A stretch of 58,743 nt of DNA, counting the filler, from Dimargaris cristalligena (taxonomy: Eukaryota), in the NCBI GenBank assembly GCA_003614675.1. It is 6 parts of 6 records of this genome, joined end to end, with 100 filler letters (N's around TTAATTAATTAA, not from the genome) between each part and the next. Parts side by side here need not be neighbours in the genome. Positions count along the whole stretch, not along the records: positions 49,053 to 58,743 come from ML003246.1; 5 more parts are not named here. One strand, 5' to 3'. A program made the translations under genes and the position numbers. The number at the start of each line of letters is the position of its first letter. Within the stretch, counting starts at the first letter, position 1. The notes under the pieces were generated by a model. It had not been told where the DNA came from and did not search any database. It saw only the letters and a list, made by a program, of their open reading frames with translations. Below, piece after piece: positions 49,106 through 58,743 of this stretch.

Positions 49106-52100
49106 ATTCTTCCGCTGCCTAATAAATTCCCAGCCGAGAACTGCTAAACGGTAAATGTAATGCAAAAATGGAGAATCCCTTCTCGAGTAGATTGCACCCC
49201 GATTAGCACTGTCGCATGGATCTTAAAAAGCTGAGAATGTCCACCGGCTGTCGCTGGGTGTCCCCGAGGCGGGCGGCGGCTTAAATCTGGGGATATGTAC
49301 CAGAATAGCTGTAAATAACTTCTGGGAAGCTGAGCCTGCATGGATTCGCCAACTACAGATTGCCTTATTTTAGTTTAATAGCAGCCAATTCCATATTATA
49401 GCAATGTGTGTATCATAAGAGAGTCACGCACCATGATTTCGTAATGGTAATGTTGAAAAAACAGCAACTATTTATTAAGGGACTAATGGACGCCACAGGG
49501 GCCCGCCGAGCCGAACATGAATTAGAACCTATATGTAATTAAAATAATTGGATATTTGGCCAACCGTAATTAATGGGTACAAGACGCGAGTATCCCTGAA
49601 ACCTGTTACCAGGCCCGAAGGGGGAGAGGGTGAATTTTTAATGCACGCCGACTACCTTAGAGTCGTGATCGAGCGGATTTTCGGTTAGGGGGCTGCTCTT
49701 TCCGTAGCGAAAGACTATCACCCCCTTTTATAGCTGAGTTCGTAACACCTATATCAAAACTTATGTAAACGCCAACTCTTTCAGAAAATATTGAAAGATT
49801 ACTGGGTCGTCTTGGCGTCCATCCTCTAATAGCTCGCCCAAAGCAGCATATAATTATAAATGCTCTAGATTTAGTGATGCCCAAGTTAAGGGCTACATGA
49901 CAATGAATGGATTCGGATTACCCGAGATCATACTATTAAAATATTGCAGTATGGGGATTTAGATGGCCATAGGACCACCACACCAGCTACAGCATATTTT
50001 TATCCTGCAAATAATTTGCGGGCGGGATAGTCTTTAGATTGACGCTGGGTGACGATGCTTTTTATATATATGGAGGGGGTAAATGATCGTAGGTCGGGTA
50101 GCTCTGGAGATCTGGATATAGGAGAATATGGGGATAAAGTAAAGGGGCATAGGTTTTGCCAAGTGAATTTGGTATTCCTCTCGAATAAGGAAACAGCCGA
50201 ATGAACAGTTGATTGCCATTTCCGAAGGATGATTCCTACCACTATCCAACCGCCCTGTCCGCCGTCTGCCTACTTATGATGGCCACAATCAAGGGACGAA
50301 GTACTAGGTAGGACAGGAGTTTGAAACGAAGGCACAGGGGTTACCGCAAAGATTCGGTAGTACAATATCGATGACAGGACATCTAATTAGTGTTGCTTAT
50401 GTCTTTCAATTATCCGTTTCTTCCGGATTTTATCCCCCCTGCTCACTTGGGCCAGAACATAAGGCATGGGTTAAATAAACCGAGTTGGGCAGTTATTTTC
50501 CGTGAGGTCTACTGAATTCGGCCAGAATGATGTGCGTGCTAGTCTGGGAAAATTCGGAGTATTGAAATGACCTAGTAGAAAACCGCAAGGACTGTTGGTT
50601 GTTATGGCAATGGCGAACATACCCCAGATAACCAGGCCTAGCCTAGTTGGAGTCGATGCGCATGTCAAAGCCCCCTGTTTAACCCGATTTGACTACTAAA
50701 TGGCCGGTCAGTAGTTTGCGGCTTGCTTATGAATATAACGGGATATAGGCGGTTCGATTGTTGTCAAATATCGCATTCAAACGGACAAAATTACAGGGCC
50801 TGTCCCGTTTTGGGCTTCCAATTCGCCGACTACCTCGTCTCAACTTTGGCCACCGTTTCTCAGGACTATGCTAGCAATTCGATTGCTGAGACGCGGGACA
50901 TGGGCCAATGTATGCTTGAATACGGGCTTCTACCCCCTCTTCAACTCCCAGACCTTTATGACTGTGCTCCCCTTTGTCTTTATTTCACGATTCCCGTCGT
51001 TTTCCCAATTCCATTCGAATATTCGACATTAGACGCCCCCGGACCTACATAACTCGATCATGCCCATCGCTATGCCATGACACTATATTCGCTATACCTC
51101 ACCTAGTGCCTTTTAGTATAACGTCGATATTAGTACCCCTCGATGATGGATCCTAGGAGGATTTTTAGTGTTTTTAGGTATCCTAAGCGGCATTCGTTTA
51201 TACCGAATACGGGGGTAAAAAATCTATAATTCTACTATACATATATATTGATATTGCTATATATATATAAAAAGAATGATGGAAGCGATAAAAGGGCCAA
51301 CAAAGAGGATGTGTAGTGAACCCAAGGTCACTCGTGATGACCCCTCCTCCTCCTCATCTTCCCTGTCCATCCCCCACCCGTTCTCCAGCCTAGCTCTTGA
51401 TTCACTGACTACTGTTGGCGAACATGGTTGCTGTGGCATCCAAGGTCAGGGAAGCGAAGGCTGACTTCCTGTCTCTCTACCGTTTCACACTCAGCCGACG
51501 ACTGGTTAGCTATCCTCGTCGAAGGGGATTTTCCCCCTCTGTCAGGTCTGGCCAATAGCGAGTGGTTGGTGGGAGCCTAGGATGTAACGGATAAGCTTAG
51601 AGAGAAGTCGATCATAATGGTTACTCGCGGCCGCTTATGCACACCTCCTTCGTACCTATTTCAGCCGGTCTGCATGGGGTAAGAGTTTCCCAATAGTAAA
51701 TTTCGTTATTATACATGTATAAAATAGGTTGGGCGTGTGGAAACGAAGAGAGGGTGAGAGAGGTGGGCGGCGCACCATGCTGTACATCCCCCCATGCAAT
51801 GGGGTATTTAGGGAAGAAATAATGGAAGATGGACTTCCAAACCCTGAGTATCCCTTGCCCAAACCAGAAACCCCCTCACTCCATCGGTACGCTGACTCCA
51901 CTTGCTCGTGTCTCGTTGACGATGTGGAGAACAGTGTATTGGCTGCCATGGGGGTGGGGGCCAAATACTGCTTCAATCGGTGAAGATGAGATGCGAACCA
52001 ATTACTTATGAGAATAGCACAGGCAACTAGAAATCAGCCGGGGGAGCCTAGGCCAGATTTACTGAATAGGCCGTCCAGTCGGGCTGGAAAAGAATGGTGT

Positions 52101-53170
52101 GGTACCAACCACCCACCATGGTTCTAAATTAAGCCCGCTGAAAGTACGAGTGTAGGCAGGAGGCGAGGGGGGAGTGCAATAGACGAGGGAGCCGGGGTTT
52201 AAGGGCGCTTCGCCTAATAATAATTTTTAAATGTGCTCCACTTGAAAATAGATACCAACAACGGTGTGACCAGTGGATATTTTATAAAGTAACAACAAAC
52301 CCGCGCGGTCATTCAACTTATTAACCAAAGCTTCCTAATATTAGCCTAGCGTGCCAATATAGCCTAGACGGAATTAACCCGGACGGCATGGCTAATAAAT
52401 TCCACCTAAATTCACCACTGGCTAGAAGGATTCTTCCCTCAAGATGCCAGTGAAAGAGCCATTCATTAGCCGGCCCTACTACTCAGCGCTTTCCACGACC
52501 TGCCGCCAATCGCGCTGTTTTCCTCTTTGACCACTGCTTATCCCTCTAACCGTAATATCCTTGGGCGTGGACCAATGGGCTGGGCGACTGGCTTCCCTGA
52601 GCAACGGGCTGATAAAGGGATCCCCGCCTCGGTCACCCACCCATGCTGACTCGCGCCTGTCCCTTTCCGCCTCGCCAATAAAAAGGGCCATTCCCCCCGC
52701 TACTCCGCTGCTGGTTCACCATCCACCTCGACTTCCTTCTCCCTGGCCCTGCTTTCCGCATTTTAATATTTAGTATTAGTATACGCGCGGAGAACCGGCC
52801 CCCTCCATCATCTGCTTCTCCTTGCCCTCTCCCATTCTCTTATATAACCATTGGGCCCCGCCCCTCTGTACCACTCTGCGTTTCTGTATCTACTCCGCAA
52901 CTCTTCTCTTTCTTCGGCTCGATCCCGCGTCAGCCTATGCCTCGCCCAGTCCTTGCATAATCTTTTGGCTGTACCCATCTCCTTCCTACTGCAGCGGTCG
53001 CGGCTGTTCTATAATCTGGGTCAAGTGACCACTTGGGTTTGCATTATAATTAATTAATTATTTTCTATCTTTCAACCCCCAATCCCTGTCTTATTTATTA
53101 ATTCACCTTCCACTTTACCCCCTTTCGCTATCCTTTTTTAAAGGATAGTCGCTAATACCAACTCGCCACC

Positions 53171-54386
53171 ATGAGTATGCTCGACCTCTACGTGGCCATT
53201 TACGTGCTCGATGGTTTATCCATCGTGTGCAGTATGGCCTCCATCATTATTGTCCTCTGGGTGTGGTACAAGCAGCCCAGCTCGAAGGAGTCGCCTTCCT
53301 TTAACTTGACGCTCTGGATCGGTTTATCGGATTTCCCGCAACGCATCTCGGATATTCTCACCAACCCCTTGACCTTTATGGGTAACTACCCCAGCGGTCC
53401 CGCTTTTGCCAAGTGGCTCATGTGGTTCAGTTTCTTTGCGTCGTACTGGTTTATTTACCTCAACGCGATGATTACCCTGGACCTGCAGCTCGTCTTCTTC
53501 CACCGGTTGCCCCGTCAGGCCCGCATCCGCCGCTGGTACCCGCTCATCGGTTCGGGCATTGCCTTTTTCCTGGCCTTCTGGTACCTGCTGCTGCCCGACG
53601 TCCGCCTGACCCCTGAAGGCGTAATTATGACCGGTACCGAAGGTTCCTTCGCCTCCCGTTTCCTGATTGTGTGGACCAACATGTGGATGCACATTGGCAT
53701 CATTTATGCCTTGGGAGTCGTTATCGCCGTGTGCTTCAAGGTGTTCCGCTCCCAGTCCCATCTGCGCCGATTCGACCAGGGTGAACACGCCAAAGCCATG
53801 TCCAAGGCCCTCGTCCGTAACACCCGTCTGATTATTGCCTACCCCATCATTCTGTTCATCGTGTACGTGCCCTACGTGCTGGCCTCCTGGTTCGCCAGTT
53901 ACTTCCCCGGCCCCTTCTCCATGTACTGGAACGTCGCTTCGAACGTTGTGTACGCTTCGCAGGGTATTTTCAGCTTTATTATTCTGTTGTTCCATCCGGT
54001 GATGTTATCCACCTACCGGCAAAACAATTTTGGGTTCAGTTCCCTGTGGTCCCGCGTCTCCCGCCGGCTGGGCTCCAACTCGGGCACCTACCAGTCCTCC
54101 ATGGCTAATTCGCAGGCCACCCCCGGTCCCTCGGGCCAGTCCTACAGTCTCGGCCAGGTCCACAGCGGCGGAAATCCTTCGTCGGTCCCTCACCTGCGGA
54201 CGATGGATATGGGTCCGGGTGTGACGGGCTACTTCGGCGGGGCCTTGGTTGGGGGGCGAAACCCAAACTTCAATGAGTGTCCACAAGCTCAAGGGTCTGG
54301 AGGGCATGGAGGCCATCGAAGCCCAAACGGACATTGTCGAAAAGGACCAACTCTTCCCGTTGTTGGACGATCCCACTTGCCTATAA
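53171..54386 (+). CDS. Seven-transmembrane GPCR-like protein (Git3/cAMP-receptor-like architecture); likely +1 G indel at 54251-54256
   Basis: GCCACCATG start, seven hydrophobic segments, Asp in TM2 (GLSD), IIAYP in TM6, SQG in TM7 and a Ser/Gly-rich tail. Removing one G gives a more protein-like end GETQTSMSVHK...LLDDPTCL* (54386); the raw ORF ends at 54412. Confidence 0.75.
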
Positions 54387-56157
54387 GGCAGGATTTTTAT
54401 TCTTTTATTTGAATTTTGTTCGTGTGGAGTAGTGAACGCCCTCTTCTGTCAAGGATTGCCGTAAATCCTGGGGTGGATTAGGCAATCCGGTTCACTATTC
54501 CGGTGTACATCCTCCTATCCCCACTGGGGGCTTATTGGTTCGTTTTAAACGGTGATTGGCCTGGTGGTTGGATTTTAGCCAAGCCGCTCTCTCTGTACAT
54601 GTATGTGTGGGTAGTGGGAGAGGGACTACTTACTACTGGTGACTAGGTGTGTGTAATATTGATATATACTCTATATTCTCTATTCAACTGGTCACCTTTG
54701 TTTGACATGGGAGGGGGAGCTGTAACCAGCTATATTCCCCCCTCCCCTATTTCGCCCCTATATCCACTTATATTTTTATATATTTCCGTCTAAACTACTT
54801 ACTTTATGGTGCGGGGTTTGCCACGCCCCACATGACCCCAACTCCCTTTTAATTTCTTTATGATATATCCTATCTGCTTCCCCATGCTGTGGAATTGGTC
54901 AATCCTCACCACTCCCTCATCCCCCTCCCCTTCATCCCCATTATTTCCTCCCGGTTTCTCATGTTTCGTATAAATATCTGTGTATTTAGATTATTACTAA
55001 TAAATTTCTGTGTTTTTAGCCGACTTGGACTACCCAGGAGGGGGTTGCGCAATGGCTCTCTACTGGCATAAATGGGGGGAGTTGGGAGGGCGTCCCCCCT
55101 TCTCTTGTAAAAAATGGCCAAATGCGTGATTTAGCCAGTATTCGGAATAATGGAAAAATAGTCATGGTTGTTGAGCAATTCTAAGAATCGGGGTTTATTC
55201 AGGCCATCCCGCCTCGACTCTCTAGTTAGGAAAGACCCTCGAGACCTGAATATAACCAACCTGTGCTTCCAACCTAACTCCAAGTGGAAGAAAGGGGGCA
55301 TTTGGACGCATCATCATCCGATCATTTTTAGGCCCTTTTGTGTGGAGTATCCATTGCTGATAATATTGCGATATCCAAAAGACTCGATAATAATCTATAT
55401 ATTGTTACGATGATTAACCAACGGGAGCACACCACTCGCTGTATGACGGGGGAGGGGATCCCTTTTATTCAGTCGTCAGGTTTATATATATATATATATG
55501 GAGCCGGAAGGAGCCGCGTGAAAGGGATTTGCTCGGCTCAATGTAACTAATTGTGCTTAGAGGGTTAGGATGATGCATAAATATTAAATTAAAGAGCGGC
55601 AAACAAGAATACTCCCAATCTAAGGCTTATGATTTGAAAATACATGTGTAGGGGAGTTGTTATGAAGGATAAAATCCATGGCTAGTAGATAAAGAGGGGG
55701 ATGGAGCCCCGCTGGGCTTGGTGAAACCAGCCCCTGGAGATGGCTAATGCCATACAATTAATGGGTAGACCTATCCGGTCGCCTGTGGAGTACTCGCTCA
55801 TATAATCCGGTAGTTGAGTATGATGCCTGCGTAGGAGAGCTTGGGCGGTACTTGAAACCGGCCCAAACCGAGGGTGTCGTAAGCATACTAACAACCCCCC
55901 CAGTCGCTGCCACACTACGCCTGTTGTCCCGTTTTTTCAATCTTTCTTTCTAAAACCTACCGTTGTGTCCCACCGCTGCGGACTACGCTCTCGATCCATT
56001 CCTATTCGTTGCTTTGGGGGGCTCTCTCCTATCTTCAGGCCTCCTCCTTATTTGACCACTTGGCGCGCCTTTGGCCATATTAGTCCTTTCCCTCCTCTTC
56101 CATTCTCTTCCACAAAGCAGCTTGCCAAGTCCAGTTAATTCGCCTTAGCGAGTTACA

Positions 56158-58504
56158 ATGGCCTCCATGCCCCACTGCTGGTCCGTTCCACCACCACCCG
56201 CCGTCAGTGCCCGTCCCCGATCCGCCGCCAATTCCCTGCTCATGCGACCCTCCGCCACCTGTTTGCCCATGGGGGGCCAGCTTCGCTACCCGTACCGTGC
56301 GCTGTCCCGGTTACTGGGCCAACGCTCCCTGTCGTCGTCTCGCCCATCGCCTCCACTAAGACATGCTTCATTGACCCGGTGGCCCACTTCGAACAGTCCG
56401 CTGTTCGCCTCCCGCTGCTCCGCTTCGGCCCAGGTACTGCCAGCCCACCCCCTGAAGCTGGCGGCCCCATATCAACAGCAGCGTTCGTTTGGGTTCTTGG
56501 CCTATTTCCTATCCAGTTCGAAGCGCAAGGCCTCCTCAACCCGCACGGTGGGGTCTTCCCAAACGGCCCCCGCTGAGACTCCCTCGACGGCCCCGTCGGG
56601 CATTCCGTCGGCACCCACCACTACCCCGGTCGATTCGGCCGGCACTACCAGCAGCGACGGGGAAAGCCCCAAATCACCCTTACTCCGGGCCACGTCCCCA
56701 ACCCCGCCTGAGGAGACGCAAGAAGATACCTCCGGAAAACCCCCAAAGGTGTCGTGGGAATCCGTGCGTAAACTGCTCCGGCTCGCCCGTCCCGAAGCGA
56801 CCATGGTCGGCTGCGCCGTCGGTCTGCTCTTACTCTCTTCCGCCATTACCATGTCGGTACCGTTTGCGATGGGCAAAATCATTGATGTGGTCGCCACCGC
56901 CACGGCGGAAGTACCCTTCGGCCTGACCAAGGGGCAATTCTTCATTGGTTTGGGCTCCATGTTTATCCTCGGAGCAACTGCCAACGCGGGGCGGGTTATG
57001 CTGATCCGGACCGCGGGTGAGCGGGTTATCCTCCGCTTGCGGGATAAACTGTACGGGGCTCTGATCCGGCAGGACATTGGGTTCTTTGACCGGCACCGGA
57101 CCGGTGATTTGGTCAGTCGCTTGGCCAACGACACCACCGTGGTGGGCAAATCGCTGACCAACAACGTGTCCGATGGCCTACGAAGCCTGGTGATGGCCAG
57201 CGCTGGCCTTTCCATGATGGTGTACATGAGCCCCACCCTCACCGGCATTATGCTGGCCATCGTGCCCCCCATTTCCATCACCGCCGTTATCTACGGTCGT
57301 TTTATTCGCACCCTGTCCCACCAAACTCAAGCCGCTTTGGGTGACAGTACCAAAGTGGTGGAGGAACGCCTGGGTAATATTCGCACCGTGCAGGCCTTCG
57401 TCATGGAAAATGCCGAGCAGGAACTCTACCACAGCCGCGTGAAGCGGGTCTACGACCTGGCCAAACGGGAAGCCATTTTCAGTGGCTTCTTTTTCGGAGG
57501 TACCGGTCTGTTCGGTAATTTGGCCATCATGGCCATGCTGGGTGTGGGGGGTAATATGGTCGTTCAGCAGGTCATGACCGTCGGGGAGCTCACTTCATTC
57601 CTACTCTACACCGCCTACGTCGGGGGCTCTTTATCCGGCCTGACTTCCTTCTACTCCGAAATTATGAAGGGCCTAGGTGCCAGTGGCCGTCTCTTTGAAC
57701 TGCTCGATACGCCCCCCCGCCATCCGAGAGGTCTCGGGCACTCTGACCTTGCCCAACCTGCGCGGCCAGCTCCAATTCGACAACGTGGCCTTCGTGTACC
57801 CCACCCGGCCGCTGGCCCCCATTTTCCGCCAACTGAACGTCACCGTCGACGCCGGTACGGTGGTGGGTGTGGCCGGCTCCTCCGGCTCGGGTAAGAGTAC
57901 CCTGACCGCCCTACTCCTCCGCTTCTACGACCCCCAGAGCGGGTGCGTCCGGGTGGACGGGGTCGACATCCGCGATCTGGACCTCGTCTGGTGGCGCCGC
58001 CAAATCGCCACCGTGAGCCAAGAACCCGTCCTGTTCGCCGGGACCATCGCCGAAAACGTCGCCTACGGTCTGGACGCCGGAACCGTCACTGAAGCCGATA
58101 TTCACACCGCCCTGGCCCAGGCCAACTGTGATTTCATCCACCATCTCCCCGAAGGGATCCACACCTTTGTCGGGGAGCGCGGCATCAGTCTGAGTGGCGG
58201 CCAGAAACAGCGCGTGGCCATCGCGCGGGCCCTCATCAAAAACCCCCGGATCCTATTGTTGGACGAGGCCACGAGTGCCTTGGACAGTGAGAACGAGTAT
58301 CTTATGAAGGAGGCCCTCGAAACGCTGACCAACGGTCGGACCGTGTTTACCATCGCCCACCGGTTGTCTACGCTGAAGAGCTGTGACTTAATCATGTGTC
58401 TGCACGATGGGGATGTGGTCGAGATGGACACGTTTAGCAACCTCATGGATAAGCCCGACGGCAGTTTCCGCCGCCTGATGGAATACCAAACTGACGCGGT
58501 GTAA
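56158..58504 (+). CDS. MDL1: Mitochondrial ABCB half-transporter (Mdl1/ABCB10 type) with a +1 C indel at 57712-57718
   Basis: Arg/Ser-rich presequence, TMD (LARPE, SVPF, FFD, GDLVSRL, FYSEIMKGLGASGRLFE) and NBD (GSSGSGKST, VSQEP, LSGGQKQR, ILLLDEATSALD, IAHRLST). Removing one C fuses the two ORFs. Confidence 0.9.
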
Positions 58505-58743
58505 TATGTATATTGTGTTACCATGGAGGCTTGAAGTAGTGGCTTATTTTTATTTTTATTATTGCACTATGGTAACTTCATTTTTATTTTTTATTTTTCG
58601 ACTCTTGGGCTATTATGTGCCTCCTCGTTGCTGTATCATGCCCATGTGGTCAACCGGTAATTAGACCTGTTTTAAGATTTATGAATAAACCCTCCCCCGC
58701 GTCGGTACCTACACCATCATCCAGCGGTCCAACTTCCCTCGTG

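Noticed and set aside
53324..53995. 223-aa antisense ORF over the GPCR-like gene
   Set aside because: Shadow of the sense CDS.
56502..57281. 259-aa antisense ORF over MDL1
   Set aside because: Shadow of the sense CDS.
11643..58504. Secondary-metabolite or detoxification cluster (MFS, P450, ABC, FAH)
   Set aside because: The genes lie on different unlinked contigs, there is no backbone synthase, and FAH has no hmgA/hppD/maiA neighbours.

Overview
This is eukaryotic, fungal DNA with GT-AG spliceosomal introns. Gene style tentatively suggests an early-diverging fungus such as Zoopagomycota (inference). The window is not one locus. It is six unrelated contigs of 9726, 9710, 9709, 9706, 9701 and 9691 bp, sorted by length and joined by 100-nt N44-TTAATTAATTAA-N44 spacers, so nothing can be inferred across joins. 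Contig 1: NKAP, an 8-Cys secreted/GPI-like protein, a 4-exon hypothetical gene and tRNA-His. Contig 2: three tandem YCR023C/ZIFL-like MFS transporters, one with TAG at a Trp position and one cut by the contig end. Contig 3: a palindromic MITE-like element, two small secreted paralogs sharing a 21-aa post-signal motif, fumarylacetoacetase, a 12-exon SET-MYND gene and tRNA-Ile. Contig 4: a decaying Pro/Thr tandem-repeat gene and a 1.25-kb CpG-free inverted pair of LTR-like repeats with a homogenised tract. Contig 5: a fossil LINE, RNF10/Mag2 and a partial cytochrome P450. Contig 6: a 7TM GPCR-like gene and the mitochondrial ABC transporter Mdl1/ABCB10, each with a homopolymer frameshift. No clearly novel multi-gene system is demonstrable. 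The best leads are the secreted Y-x-GG-[YF]-x-PV motif family, the inverted LTR pair with a conversion-like tract, the repeat-restricted CpG loss and the single TAG-for-TGG codon.
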